The notes under the pieces are model-generated. The model made no database searches, was not told where the DNA came from, and saw only the letters and a list, made by a program, of their open reading frames with translations. The position numbers and the translations under genes are program-made. Positions 30,288 to 42,198 of a stretch of DNA of 64,000 nt are shown here, piece by piece (within the stretch, counting starts at the first letter, position 1; each line of letters begins with the position of its first letter). The DNA is from an uncultured cyanobacterium (GTDB lineage Bacteria; Cyanobacteriota; Cyanobacteriia; Pseudanabaenales; Pseudanabaenaceae): the NCBI GenBank assembly GCA_963703315.1, contig OY969811.1:3296001-3360000 (forward strand), given 5' to 3'.

Positions 30288-31799
30288 TTGCTCATGGGTG
30301 GGCGATCGCTGAAGCTAATGTTCAGTCATGAGGAGTATTCCCTACCTGTGGCAACAAATCCCATCAATCTCGGACAAAAAACTGGTTTGACAAAAAAGTC
30401 GAAGCCTAAGAAATCTTTTTTAAGTCAAAAGTGGACTCTATTTGTAGTCCTCTTTGTCGCACTCATCTCTGGGGGGCTGGGCGCAGGTTTAGCATTTGTA
30501 TTAAGTAGTCGCCCTTTTCAGCAGCGCCAACTCGCGGCAGATGAAGCGGCTGTATTTAATCGGAATTCCGATAGCATGACTTCAGCGATCGCAGGTGTGC
30601 CAACCCTGACCCGTCCTGTCAATATTTTGGTATTAGGGACGATCATGCTTACCTCTGATTTGCCCGATGCTCAGTCAAAGCCCAAAGCTAAATACCTTGC
30701 TGAAGTTGATAACAATCTCAATGGCATGAGTGACGCAATGTTACTCATCCGTTTTGATCCTGCTACCCAAAAAGTTGCAGTTCTCTCAATTCCCCGTGAT
30801 AGTCGTGTCAATATTCAAGGCGTAGGCACAACTAAGATCAATTTTGCCAATTATGCAGGTGGTGCATCACTGTCAGCCCAAACCGTTAGCCAAGTCTTAG
30901 GTGATATTCCAATTGATCGCTACATTCGCTTTAACGTTAATGGCTTTGGTAAGTTAGTCGATGCTCTAGGTGGTGTTGATATCTATGTACCAAAAAAGTT
31001 GAAATATCAAGATGATAGTCAGCACTTATATATCAATCTCAATGCAGGGCAACAAAAACTAAATGGTACTAAAGCCATTCAATATATGCGCTATCGCCAT
31101 GACGACTTGGGGGATATCGGTCGTGTCCAACGTCAGCAAGCATTTTTTCGGGCTTTTATTGAGCAGAAACTAAAACCTGACGCGATTACCAAATTCCCTG
31201 AAATCTTTGGCATTATTAAGGACAATATTGATACTAATCTCTCCGTTGAGGAAGTCCTTGCCCTTGCTGCTTATACCTCCAAGATTGATCGTAAAAGCAT
31301 TCAGATGCACATGGCTCCAGGTCGATTTAGTAATCCTGGTGAGTTTGATAGTTTGAGCTATTGGATTTTGGATAATCGGATGCTTGCCAAAGTTATGAGC
31401 CAAAGTTTTGGGGTCATGAAGCAGGCAGATCCCAATGCAAATAATGCAAATATTACGGAAAGTAGTACACCTCAGACTTTAAGAGTAGCGATCCAAGATA
31501 GTATGTCTCAACCTGAAGGATCGAAAAAAGCAACTACGACTCTTTCTAAGGCGGGATATGCTCAGGTATTTGCCGCCAGCGATCGCTGGACAAGACCTCT
31601 TGCTAAGACCCAAATTATTGCTCAGAATGGCGATCGCGATAGTGCCGAGAAATTACGTGATGCCTTGGGAATTGGTGAAGTCTTGGTCGAATCCACAGGA
31701 GATATTGAGTCAGACATTACGGTGCGCGTTGGTAAAGACTGGCTACAAGCCAATAACATTCCCCTCAAGCCTGTGAAGCCTACAACAACTCAGAGATAA
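30288..31799 (+). CDS. LCP (LytR-CpsA-Psr) family protein with C-terminal LytR_C domain
   Basis: TM, NILVLG, SDAMLL, LSIPRD, VDALGGV, DIGRVQRQQ and SDITVRVGKDW; true start may be 30318 or 30348. Confidence 0.92.
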   Translation: MLMGGRSLKLMFSHEEYSLPVATNPINLGQKTGLTKKSKPKKSFLSQKWTLFVVLFVALISGGLGAGLAFVLSSRPFQQRQLAADEAAVFNRNSDSMTSAIAGVPTLTRPVNILVLGTIMLTSDLPDAQSKPKAKYLAEVDNNLNGMSDAMLLIRFDPATQKVAVLSIPRDSRVNIQGVGTTKINFANYAGGASLSAQTVSQVLGDIPIDRYIRFNVNGFGKLVDALGGVDIYVPKKLKYQDDSQHLYINLNAGQQKLNGTKAIQYMRYRHDDLGDIGRVQRQQAFFRAFIEQKLKPDAITKFPEIFGIIKDNIDTNLSVEEVLALAAYTSKIDRKSIQMHMAPGRFSNPGEFDSLSYWILDNRMLAKVMSQSFGVMKQADPNANNANITESSTPQTLRVAIQDSMSQPEGSKKATTTLSKAGYAQVFAASDRWTRPLAKTQIIAQNGDRDSAEKLRDALGIGEVLVESTGDIESDITVRVGKDWLQANNIPLKPVKPTTTQR

Positions 31800-31836
31800 A
31801 AAAACAGCGCAAAGCGCTGTTTTTTTATCGACTGCG

Positions 31837-32664
31837 CTAAACATTTGTGCTTTGGCGGATGATTTTTGTGAATAGAAAATCGGGTAAAAGCTTACGCATA
31901 AACAATAACTGCTTGGCAATGGGATCAGCAGGATAACGCAGTTTCCCAGAGTTGTCGGTACTAGCGCCATAAATGGTTTTGGCAACAACTTCTGGTGGTG
32001 CGCCCGTAGTGCCAATTTGGTTTAGTTTCGCGAATATGCGATCGCGAAAAGCATCATATTCTGGGAAATTAGGATTGCTATGGCGATCAGCCGAGCGCTC
32101 GTAAAAGTCAGTTTTAATGGGACCGGGTTCAATAATTTTGACGCGAATATTAAAGGATAATAATTCATGCTGTAAGGATTCCGAAAAACCTTCCACTGCC
32201 CACTTGGTCGCATGATAGAGACTATAGAGTGGGAAAGCAACTCGTCCACCAATGGAGGAAACATTAACAATCACACCACTGCGGCGATCGCGGAAATGTG
32301 GCAATACTGCGCGAGTGGTTTCCATCAAGCCAAACACATTGGTATCAAATTGGCGATGAATTTGCTCAGGGGTTAAGGTTTCAAAGGCTCCGATCAGTCC
32401 ATAGCCTGCATTATTCACCAAAACATCGATCGCCCCAAATTTCTCGATAGTTTCGGCAACAGCAGCAGTTATCGTAGGATGATCAGTGACATCCAGCTTC
32501 AAGAGCGTGACGCGATCAAGGTTTGCTAAGCTATTGGGCTTATTTATTTCCTGATCAGGCGATCGCATGGTTGCAGCCACATTCCAACCTTTTTGCTGGA
32601 AATATAAAGCCGTTGCGCGACCAATCCCAGATGATGCCCCAGTGATAAATACAGTTTTAGTCAT
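31837..32664 (-). CDS. SDR family oxidoreductase
   Basis: TGASSGIG, NNAG and YHATK (YxxxK) motifs. Confidence 0.95.
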   Translation of the reverse strand: MTKTVFITGASSGIGRATALYFQQKGWNVAATMRSPDQEINKPNSLANLDRVTLLKLDVTDHPTITAAVAETIEKFGAIDVLVNNAGYGLIGAFETLTPEQIHRQFDTNVFGLMETTRAVLPHFRDRRSGVIVNVSSIGGRVAFPLYSLYHATKWAVEGFSESLQHELLSFNIRVKIIEPGPIKTDFYERSADRHSNPNFPEYDAFRDRIFAKLNQIGTTGAPPEVVAKTIYGASTDNSGKLRYPADPIAKQLLFMRKLLPDFLFTKIIRQSTNV

Positions 32665-32710
32665 GTTTGCTCCTAATATTTAAAATTTCGCTTTGCAAAA
32701 TTCTAAATTG

Positions 32711-33367
32711 CTATACGTTGGCGAATAATTCAGCAATCGGGCGATCGGCAATGTCGGCGTTAACCACAATTTCCACGAGTTTATTTTTGGCAGCCTCTGT
32801 AAATAAAGCCTCTACCGTCACTTGTGCCACCTTAGTACGTGGAAGACTACCTTCAAAGAGAGTGTCAGCACCTGATAATACTAAACCACCTTCTTTTTCG
32901 CGATTGAGCAATCCTCCGGGACGGACAATCGTGTAGGTTAAGCCACTATCTTGCAAATAGCGCTCGGCTTGTTTTTTCCAGAATAGTACTAGCCAAAACA
33001 GGTTCAAGGGATGGAAAAATTTAGAAACACAGAGGGAAGAGACGATCGCAAAATGCTTGATATTTTTTGCCTTAGCCGCATTTACTAAATTTTTTGTGCC
33101 AAGGTAATCGACTAGATATGGGTCGAGAGCATTGAGGCTGGGTTTTGCACCTGTGGCGCATACCAGCACATCACAATCGGCGATCGCCGCCTCTAAAGTA
33201 TTTGCAAAAAGGACATTTCCCTGTACTAGTTCCACTTCGGGGGGCAAAATCTGTTTCGCCATTTCTAAGTTACGGACTAAAGCTTTGACAGGAATATTAC
33301 GTTTAACCAATTCGCTAACAATATGTCGTCCTGTTTGCCCTGTGGCTCCTGCTACAAATGCTTTCAT
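32711..33367 (-). CDS. Atypical SDR / NAD(P)-binding oxidoreductase
   Basis: VAGATGQTG, VDYLGT and YTIVRPGGL motifs. Confidence 0.9.
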   Translation of the reverse strand: MKAFVAGATGQTGRHIVSELVKRNIPVKALVRNLEMAKQILPPEVELVQGNVLFANTLEAAIADCDVLVCATGAKPSLNALDPYLVDYLGTKNLVNAAKAKNIKHFAIVSSLCVSKFFHPLNLFWLVLFWKKQAERYLQDSGLTYTIVRPGGLLNREKEGGLVLSGADTLFEGSLPRTKVAQVTVEALFTEAAKNKLVEIVVNADIADRPIAELFANV

Positions 33368-33518
33368 CTCTCACTTCTATGCAACTATTTACTTTAGTAT
33401 AAGCGGCGTACAGTCATGTCTACGCTAATTTGGCACGATCATTTCCGTGTTAACGACTCTGATATAATCCAAAAATAAAAATACGTGTTTTTACGACAAA
33501 TTCATTAAGAAAAGTTAA

Positions 33519-34520
<1,002 letters not shown>

Positions 34521-34537
34521 TCGTCTCCTTATCAACC

Positions 34538-35260
34538 ATGAATGCAAAAGAACTTCTCGAAAGTTACGCTTTGGGCGATCGCGACTTTAGTAAGCGATCG
34601 CTCATTGGATTGATTTTGACTGGGGCAAATTTGTCTGGCGCGAATTTTATCGAATCAGACCTTGAAGAGATTACGCTCGATATTGCCAATTTAGAAGATG
34701 TAGAGCTAAATCTAGCGAATTTAGTAAGAGCCAATTTGAGTGGTTCGATTTTAATCCAAGCCAATCTCAATGGCACAATTCTTGAACAGGCTTCATTAAT
34801 TGGGGCAAATCTTTCAGAAGCATTTTTGATCGAAGCTGATCTTAGCGATGCGGTGTTAGTCGAAGCGAATTTTTCCCATGCATTTTTGACTAGTGCTAAT
34901 TTAACGCGATCGCGTTTATGTCGCGCTAACCTTGCCAATGCATTTTTAACAGGAGCTTGCCTTAATGGGGCAGACCTGCGTGGGGCAAATTTGGTAGAAG
35001 CCGATCTCACGAGAGCCAATTTAACAGGCGCTAATTTGGCAGGAGCCGATCTGAGCCGCGCTAATTTGACAAATGCTAAGCTAAATTGGGCAAATCTCGC
35101 CAATGCCAAGTTAATAGGAGCAGATTTGACAGGAACTTATCTGTCTACCCTAAAAAGCATTGAGGGGACAATCTTTACTGATGCGCGTAATGCTCCGAAC
35201 TCCGTTGAAATTGTAAATGTGGAGCTTGCTAAGATAGAAGAGTCCCATACAGAAGAATAA
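34538..35260 (+). CDS. Pentapeptide repeat protein
   Basis: ELLESYALGDRDF leader followed by A(N/D)Lxx repeats. Confidence 0.95.
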   Translation: MNAKELLESYALGDRDFSKRSLIGLILTGANLSGANFIESDLEEITLDIANLEDVELNLANLVRANLSGSILIQANLNGTILEQASLIGANLSEAFLIEADLSDAVLVEANFSHAFLTSANLTRSRLCRANLANAFLTGACLNGADLRGANLVEADLTRANLTGANLAGADLSRANLTNAKLNWANLANAKLIGADLTGTYLSTLKSIEGTIFTDARNAPNSVEIVNVELAKIEESHTEE

Positions 35261-35274
35261 AATTTTTAATTTTT

Positions 35275-35378
35275 TAAGTAGCTAGGCATAAGTAAACTTA
35301 AAACCTAGAAGCTTGTGCCGCCCGCGTAGCGGGCGGCACAAGCTCTGATTTTGGGTTTTAACTATACTGAGCTACTTA
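35275..35378. repeat. AAGTAGCT-ended miniature inverted-repeat element
   Basis: TAAGTAGCT/AGCTACTTA ends; GCTTGTGCCGCCCGCGTAGCGGGCGGCACAAGC hairpin. Confidence 0.88.
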
Positions 35379-35414
35379 AAAAATTAAAAATTTATCAACG
35401 TAAATTAAAAGCTT

Positions 35415-36524
35415 ATGCGCTTGTTTCGCTCAGTAAATCGATCGCTAAATCGACTCACACACCTCGCTTTAGTCATGGTAGTCGCAGGGGCGATCGCCAT
35501 CCCAACCACAGAAAATGCTTACGCTCAAGCCAAAAAAGATGCTACCGAATGGATCAGACAGGGGCGACAGCTTTGGCAAAGAAATGATATTTCAGGGGCG
35601 ATCGCTGCCTATCAACAGGCATCCAATCTCGAACCCAAAAACTCCAAGATTTTAACTAGTCTTGGCTTTTTACTAACGCAACAAAGTAATTACTCTGGGG
35701 CGATCGCCGCTTTGGATAGAGCGACTCGACTGGATGCCAATAATGCTAAAGCCTTCACCGCATTGGGTTTTGTCTATGTCAAAATTAAGGACTATCCCAG
35801 CGCGATCAATGCCTATCGTCGGGCGATCGCTCTAGATCGCCAAAATCTTGACGCCTATAACAGTGTCGGTTTTTTGTTAACTGAACAAAAAAACTATACG
35901 GAAGCAGTAAAGATTTATCGTCAAGCGATCGCGGCTGCGCCTAAGGAAGTTAAGAGCTATCTCAACTTGGGCTATGTCTTAAAGCTATCAGGTGATCGCA
36001 AGGGAGCCGTTGCTATTTACAATCAAGCAGACAAAATTGCTCCCTTTGATGCTGATGTATTGGTAGCGCTCGGTGGCTTGTTTGCTGAGCAAAATCAAAA
36101 TGAGGAGGCGATCGCTAAATATAAACGCGCCTTAGAAGTCAATCCTCGTCATCCTCAAGCAAATCTGGCGATCGCTAAAGTATTTCAGAGTCAAGGCAAT
36201 TATGCCGAGGCGATCGCTGCCCTCCGTCATGCTGCCTCAGCACGAAATATCTCCACTAATAATGTAGTGGAACTGCAACGGGCGATCGCGGATCTCTATA
36301 TTCAGCAAGGTTCACTATCAGGGGCGATCGTTGCCTATCGCCAAATTATCGAAGTTGAGCCTGAAGAAGCTACAACTTATTTATCTCTGGGCAAGCTGCT
36401 AGCCAGTCAACAAAGGTTCGATGAAGCTCGCAAAATGTTAGGAACGGCGGAGCGTTTGTTTAATCAACAAGGCAATATCGATGGTCTAACCCAAACTCGG
36501 AAAGCGATCGCCGAAATCAAATAA
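35415..36524 (+). CDS. Secreted tetratricopeptide repeat protein
   Basis: Signal-like N-terminus; about nine 34-aa TPR units (AIAAYQQA, LGFVY, YLNLG). Confidence 0.92.
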   Translation: MRLFRSVNRSLNRLTHLALVMVVAGAIAIPTTENAYAQAKKDATEWIRQGRQLWQRNDISGAIAAYQQASNLEPKNSKILTSLGFLLTQQSNYSGAIAALDRATRLDANNAKAFTALGFVYVKIKDYPSAINAYRRAIALDRQNLDAYNSVGFLLTEQKNYTEAVKIYRQAIAAAPKEVKSYLNLGYVLKLSGDRKGAVAIYNQADKIAPFDADVLVALGGLFAEQNQNEEAIAKYKRALEVNPRHPQANLAIAKVFQSQGNYAEAIAALRHAASARNISTNNVVELQRAIADLYIQQGSLSGAIVAYRQIIEVEPEEATTYLSLGKLLASQQRFDEARKMLGTAERLFNQQGNIDGLTQTRKAIAEIK

Positions 36525-36525
36525 G

Positions 36526-36583
36526 ATAGAACTTACGCAAAAAAGGACAAAACGTAGTGGCAATTCATGAATTGCCACTACGT
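36526..36583. repeat. Lone TAGAACTTACGCA element end plus GTAG-type REP hairpin
   Basis: TAGAACTTACGCA equals the reverse complement of the right TIR at 11461-11473; AACGTAGTGGCAATTCATGAATTGCCACTACGTT palindrome. Confidence 0.7.
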
Positions 36584-36734
36584 TGAAATACAGGTTTCAA
36601 ATCAGGCACTGGTCATTACCACCAAGACGGAAAAGCGATCGTTAGCAAAGTTAAGTTAGTCACTAAGGGTTAGTGTCTAGATGCCGTTTATGTCTTATTT
36701 TTACTTAAATAGCTAGGCTAAAAGCTATAAATTA

Positions 36735-36807
36735 AGCTGGGGACGAGACTCGAACTCGTGACCTACTGATTACAAATCAGTTGCTCTACCAACTGAGCTA
36801 CACCAGC
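36735..36807 (-). tRNA. trnT: tRNA-Thr (anticodon TGT)
   Basis: Minus strand GCTGGTGTAGCTCAGTTGGTAGAGCAACTGATTTGTAATCAGTAGGTCACGAGTTCGAGTCTCGTCCCCAGCT. Confidence 0.95.
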
Positions 36808-36915
36808 AAATTTGATGCTTTGATAGCATAACAGAATAGCGATCGCTTTGACAAGATTGATCTCAAATATCTCCAAAATGTAGATATAGCAAAGCAAAAG
36901 TTGGTGGCTCAATAG

Positions 36916-37198
36916 GTGAATCGGGGAGGTGAAGTAGTAATTCGTATGTTAGAAAATGTGCAACAGCGCACTATTGAACCCTTGATTAAAGCAACGATTG
37001 CCTCTAGCACTATGGTTTACACCGATGAATTGTAATTTATAGCAAAGCAAGAGTTGGTTAGTACAAACTAAAACCCAAGAAGCGAGTTGCGGCGCGGCGC
37101 GCCGCAACTCGCATTCTGGTTTTATGTCCTAAGCAAAACTTTTTTTGCTATATAATTCTCTACAAGATTGGGGCTATGCTCACAAAACTGTTTGTCAT
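36916..37198 (+). pseudogene. IS1595-family (ISXO2-like DDE) transposase remnant
   Basis: NRGGEVVIRMLENVQQRTIEPLIKATIASSTMVYTDE, then after a frameshift and removal of the insert VIYNSLQDWGYAHKTVCH. Confidence 0.8.
37038..37152. mobile_element. TATAGC-family MITE inserted in the IS1595 remnant with TA duplication
   Basis: TA-TAGCAAA...TTTGCTA-TA; excision restores the transposase reading frame. Confidence 0.85.
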
Positions 37199-37202
37199 GT
37201 AG

Positions 37203-38984
37203 TTAAAATCCTGTAAAGTTGAGATTGAAGTAAAGACCATTTTCTTGCCATGTATTACGGCTATTTTGTACAGAAATTAAGGGAATGCCATAATCAAGTC
37301 GAGCATCTAAAGTATTCCCTAATCGCCAGCGTAAGCCCAAACCAGTACCGAATAATGTATTTTGACTAGAGTTAGCTCCACCTGAACTTGTCCATACGGC
37401 AGCAGCATCAATGAAGGGAACAAATTGCAATAAACCGTCCCATTCGGGAATACGCAATATGGGTATTCTTAACTCTGCCGATAGATTCAAGCCGTTGTCT
37501 CCTAGCAATACGTCCTGACGATAACCACGTAAGGTATCTTGTCCTCCAAATCCAATTTGCTCTGAAGGGAGAAGTGCGCGATCGCCTAGTTGCAGATCCC
37601 CACGCAGCAATAAAAAGGTGTCGGGTGCAAGCAAACTCACATACTGCGATTGTCCACGCCATGAAATAAAACGACTATCGGGAAAGCTAGTATTTAACGT
37701 TGAACCAAGTACACCACCTAGTCCAAAATTAAATTGCGATCGCAAAGAGAGGACTGACTGACTAGATCGCTGCGTAAATTCTTGAAAAGCACGTAAGACG
37801 GAGATCTTGGTTACACCATTATCATCGGCTCCTGCGGATAGGGGAAAAGGAAGTTTCAGTAAACTCGTTAGGCTTTCACGATAGGAAGTTGTAAAACCGA
37901 TTGCTAGTTCTTGACTAGGTGTTTGCTCAATCGGTTGACGATAGGTAATGTCATAGGCTGTGGAGTTTGCATAGATATCCAACACATTAAAAGGCTTTTC
38001 TAAAACATTACTATTGCCATTATTGTAGGCAAGGGTAATTGTGCCATTGTAGGGATTGATAGGCAATGTATAACTGATGTCGTAGGAATTACTACCATCA
38101 GTATTGCTATATGCCAAATTGAGAGAGTCACCAAATCCTGTTAAATTCCCTTCACTAAGTTGCACTTTACGGCGCAATGAACCCACACTAGGCGCACGGT
38201 TATTATCTAAAGATAGCTGCAACTTCAGAGATTGCGCTTCTTTAATTCGTAACTCTAGAATGTTCTGCCCAGGACGAGAACCTGCGGATAGTTCCGCCGA
38301 TAAGCTCGCAATTAAGGGATTGATTTGTAAAACTTGTAGTGCTTGAATCAAGCGATCGCGATTAAGTGGAGCGCCTGTCGCAATATTCATGCGCGATCGC
38401 ACATAGTCAGGATTTAGATTTTCCGCTCCGATAACTTTGATTGCTTCTAAGCCGCCTTCGACCACTTGAATCTGGACTACTCCACCCTGCAAATTTTGAG
38501 TAGGAATAAAGGCTCCAGAAGTAATATATCCTCGACTTACATACAATTCTGTGACCTGCGATCGCGCTTGCAGCAGTTCCGAAAACGTGATGGGTCGATT
38601 AGTAAAAGGTTTGAGAAGCTGATCTAATTCTTCGACTGTAAATACTGTATTGCCAAGAACTTCAAATTTATTGACAGTAATCTTGCCAGCGATTGGGACA
38701 TCTTTTTGAGGTGTAACGGGTTGTCGCGAAGGGGTTAATAACTCATCAGGAGAAGGAAGTGGTGCTGGGGGCTGCACTGGTATTTGGATTGTGGGCGTTC
38801 GGATTGATGGCGTAATGATTTCTGGTGTTACAGACCCCGCCCTGTTTGATTGGGCGATCGCTGGCGACAGTCCCCAAATAATATAACTAGTTAAGTCAAG
38901 AACTATTACATAAGCAATTGAAACTGATATTTTTATTACATTAGCCTGACTTTTTCTCCATTTTTGATGTCCTGACATAAACAT
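37203..38984 (-). CDS. ShlB/FhaC/HecB family (TpsB) outer-membrane transporter
   Basis: POTRA-like GNTVF, YVSRGYITS and IQVVEG; LRGYRQD motif; C-terminal Phe beta-signal. Confidence 0.92.
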   Translation of the reverse strand: MFMSGHQKWRKSQANVIKISVSIAYVIVLDLTSYIIWGLSPAIAQSNRAGSVTPEIITPSIRTPTIQIPVQPPAPLPSPDELLTPSRQPVTPQKDVPIAGKITVNKFEVLGNTVFTVEELDQLLKPFTNRPITFSELLQARSQVTELYVSRGYITSGAFIPTQNLQGGVVQIQVVEGGLEAIKVIGAENLNPDYVRSRMNIATGAPLNRDRLIQALQVLQINPLIASLSAELSAGSRPGQNILELRIKEAQSLKLQLSLDNNRAPSVGSLRRKVQLSEGNLTGFGDSLNLAYSNTDGSNSYDISYTLPINPYNGTITLAYNNGNSNVLEKPFNVLDIYANSTAYDITYRQPIEQTPSQELAIGFTTSYRESLTSLLKLPFPLSAGADDNGVTKISVLRAFQEFTQRSSQSVLSLRSQFNFGLGGVLGSTLNTSFPDSRFISWRGQSQYVSLLAPDTFLLLRGDLQLGDRALLPSEQIGFGGQDTLRGYRQDVLLGDNGLNLSAELRIPILRIPEWDGLLQFVPFIDAAAVWTSSGGANSSQNTLFGTGLGLRWRLGNTLDARLDYGIPLISVQNSRNTWQENGLYFNLNFTGF

Positions 38985-39144
38985 AAGACCATTCCTAACT
39001 GCAATGAAATTTGCTAGTCAGCAATTTACTCGGCTTTGATAAATTGTGCAACATAAAACCCCAAATAAGTAGAGGCGGCGCGAAGCGCCGCCTCTACTTA
39101 TTTGGGTTGCGCGAAGCGCCGCGCACCACTAAATTATTCAGTAG

Positions 39145-41955
39145 TTATACAAACTCAGCTTCAATCGTTTCAGGTTGGGGTTGGGGACGTGGATCGAACT
39201 CGAATAGAGAGTAGACAACATCACGACGAATTTGCGTCATCATGTCTAGGAAGATTTCGTAACCTTCGCTCTTATATTCAATCAATGGATCTTTTTGTCC
39301 ATAGCCGCGCAAACCAACAGACTCACGCAAAGCTTCCATTGCTTGTAAATGATCGCGCCAGAGAGCGTCAATACGCTGCAAGATAAAGAAACGTTCGGCT
39401 TGGCGCATTAAACCGACTTGCAAAGATTCTACTTGTGCTTCCTTGATCTCATAGGCACGGCGCACTTCTTCTCTCAAAAATGCTTGCATTTCAGGTAAGA
39501 ACATATCATCAAGTTGAGATGGTTCAAGGTCTTGCAAAAGATTGACAAACTCTTTGATCTTCTTAACCATCGCTACGAGGTTCCATTCTTCGGGTGGAAG
39601 CTCTGGATTGACATAGGCGTTGACGATATCATCCATTGTGCGTTCAGCATACTCAATTACGCGATCGCGGAGGTCTTCACCTTCAAGGACACGGCGGCGC
39701 TCAGCATAGATAGCTCGGCGCTGATTGTTCATCACTTCATCGTACTCAAAGACCTGTTTACGAATGTCGTAATAATAGGTTTCCACCTTTTTCTGGGCAT
39801 TTTCGAGAGCGCTGGTGAGCATTCCTGAACTAATCGGCATATCTTCTTCCACACGGAAGGCATTCATCAAACCTGCTACGCGATCGCCTGCAAAGATTCG
39901 CATCAAGTTATCCTCAAGACTGAGGAAGAAGCGAGTAGAACCGGGGTCACCTTGACGACCGCAACGACCGCGCAACTGGTTGTCCACACGACGAGATTCA
40001 TGCCGCTCTGTACCGATGACGTGTAAGCCACCAAGTTTAGTTACTTCCTGATGTTCAGCACCTGTAACTTCTTCATATTCACGCTTAATTAGGGTGAAAG
40101 CATTCCGTAGTTTTTGGATGACGGCATCATCAGTAGGCGCTTTTTCTGAGGCAACAGCCAGCATTTCCTCAGCTTCGAGTTCCGATTGACTCATTCTGCC
40201 CAACTTCTCCACCGCAAAATCTACGGCTTCTTTGAGCATAGCTTGAGCATCTTTGGAGAGTTCGCAAGGATAGAGGCTGTCGGATACTTTCCAAGTCTTT
40301 TTCTTTTTCTCTTCGGAGCTAGTGCCAAATCCCTGTCCCTTTTGGGGGCGATCGCTAAATATACGCTGACCTTCATTAGTAAAGTCATCTTCATCTTCAG
40401 GGCGTACAATTTGAGGCATGAAGTTTTCACGTACTTTCAGACGTGCCATATAGTCAGCATTACCGCCGAGGATAATGTCTGTACCACGACCCGCCATGTT
40501 TGTGGCGATCGTGATTGAGCCTTTGCGACCTGCTTGGGCAACGATCTCCGCTTCACGCTCTACGTTCTCTGGCTTCGCATTTAAGAGATTGTGAGGAATA
40601 TCTTTTTCACTCAACAAACGGGCGAGTACTTCAGACTTTTCCACACTGGTGGTTCCGATCAGAACGGGGCGACCTGTTTCATGCATTTCACGGCATTCTT
40701 CGGCAACGGCTCGCCATTTAGCAGCTTCAGTTTTATAGACTACATCTGACCAGTCACCGCGACCACTCTTGCGATTGGTGGGCATGGTCGTAACTTCGAG
40801 ATTATAGATTTTGCCAAGTTCCGCTTCTTCAGTTTTTGCCGTACCCGTCATTCCGCCCAGTTTGGGATAGAGCAGAAAGAAGTTTTGATAGGTAATCGTG
40901 GCAAGGGTTTGGGTCTCATTTTCAATTTGCACGCCTTCTTTTGCTTCGATCGCTTGGTGCAATCCATCACTCCAACGGCGACCAGGCATGACGCGACCTG
41001 TAAATTCATCGACGATCGTTACTTCACCATCACGGACGATGTAATTTACATCTTTCAAGAATAATTCTTTAGCTTTGAGCGCATTAAACACATAGTGCGC
41101 CCAAGGATCAGCTTGGTCAAACAAATCGGTGACACCGAGCAGTTTTTCGGCAAGTTCAAAACCTTCATCGGTCATGACCACGTTGCGCTGCTTCTCGTCA
41201 ACTTCGTAGTGGGTTTCCTTTTGCAATTGATCAGCGATCGTCACTGCGCCTAAATATTTCTCCGTAGGACGCTCGACCATGCCTGAGATAATTAAAGGAG
41301 TCCGTGCTTCATCGATCAAAATCGAGTCAACTTCATCAATCACACAAAAATTAAAGGGACGCTGCACCACTTCTTCGATGCTAGTCGCCATGTTATCTCG
41401 GAGATAGTCAAAACCTAATTCGCTGTTAGTCGCGTAGGTAATATCACAGCCATAGTTTTTACGGCGCTCGATTGGCTCCATTGAGTTTTGGATCAATCCC
41501 ACCGACATTCCTAAAAAGCGATGAACTTGCCCCATCCACTCTGCATCACGGCGAGCGAGGTAGTCGTTAACTGTAACTACGTGGACACCTTTACCTGAGA
41601 GGGCATTGAGGTAGCTGGGTAATGTGGCGACGAGGGTTTTACCTTCCCCTGTTTTCATTTCGGCAATTTCACCACGATGCAAGACCATGCCGCCGAGCAT
41701 CTGCACATCATAATGACGTAAACCTAAAACACGGGTAGCTGCCTCACGAACTACGGCAAAAGCTTCAGGCAATAGATCGTCAAGGGGTTCACCTTTTTCG
41801 AGGCGCTGTTTAAACTCTCCTGTTTTTCCTTGCAATTGGCGATCGCTAAGCGCCGCTAACTCTGGGGCTAGGGAATTGATGAGTGCCACATCGGGACGGA
41901 GTTTATCGAGCTTGCGCTTATTAGGATCGCCAATCAGGTTTTTTAGGTTAAACAT
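39145..41955 (-). CDS. secA: Preprotein translocase subunit SecA
   Basis: [38 protein letters not shown] and [13 protein letters not shown] motifs. Confidence 0.99.
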   Translation of the reverse strand: MFNLKNLIGDPNKRKLDKLRPDVALINSLAPELAALSDRQLQGKTGEFKQRLEKGEPLDDLLPEAFAVVREAATRVLGLRHYDVQMLGGMVLHRGEIAEMKTGEGKTLVATLPSYLNALSGKGVHVVTVNDYLARRDAEWMGQVHRFLGMSVGLIQNSMEPIERRKNYGCDITYATNSELGFDYLRDNMATSIEEVVQRPFNFCVIDEVDSILIDEARTPLIISGMVERPTEKYLGAVTIADQLQKETHYEVDEKQRNVVMTDEGFELAEKLLGVTDLFDQADPWAHYVFNALKAKELFLKDVNYIVRDGEVTIVDEFTGRVMPGRRWSDGLHQAIEAKEGVQIENETQTLATITYQNFFLLYPKLGGMTGTAKTEEAELGKIYNLEVTTMPTNRKSGRGDWSDVVYKTEAAKWRAVAEECREMHETGRPVLIGTTSVEKSEVLARLLSEKDIPHNLLNAKPENVEREAEIVAQAGRKGSITIATNMAGRGTDIILGGNADYMARLKVRENFMPQIVRPEDEDDFTNEGQRIFSDRPQKGQGFGTSSEEKKKKTWKVSDSLYPCELSKDAQAMLKEAVDFAVEKLGRMSQSELEAEEMLAVASEKAPTDDAVIQKLRNAFTLIKREYEEVTGAEHQEVTKLGGLHVIGTERHESRRVDNQLRGRCGRQGDPGSTRFFLSLEDNLMRIFAGDRVAGLMNAFRVEEDMPISSGMLTSALENAQKKVETYYYDIRKQVFEYDEVMNNQRRAIYAERRRVLEGEDLRDRVIEYAERTMDDIVNAYVNPELPPEEWNLVAMVKKIKEFVNLLQDLEPSQLDDMFLPEMQAFLREEVRRAYEIKEAQVESLQVGLMRQAERFFILQRIDALWRDHLQAMEALRESVGLRGYGQKDPLIEYKSEGYEIFLDMMTQIRRDVVYSLFEFDPRPQPQPETIEAEFV

Positions 41956-42198
41956 AGCTACCGAATGCAGTTAAAACAGGGATTGCGCCAAACGTGATAT
42001 TGAATACGATTTTGGACATACTATATATTAACCGACTGTTGAGACTACAAGCTTCGGTTATCCGAAGCGATCGCGAAAGCATTTACTTAATGCGTGCATA
42101 ATAGAAATAAAGAACTAATTTTTGGTGGCACAGCTTTGCCGCGCCACCAAAAATTAGTAGTTGTCTTTAGTTAGACAGAGCAAGTAATTGAGTTAGCA

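Noticed and set aside
34564..35109. 181-aa minus-strand ORF
   Set aside because: Antisense artefact of the pentapeptide repeats
40080..40450. Large insertion within SecA as a possible intein
   Set aside because: No intein splice motifs; matches the insertion usual in cyanobacterial and plastid SecA
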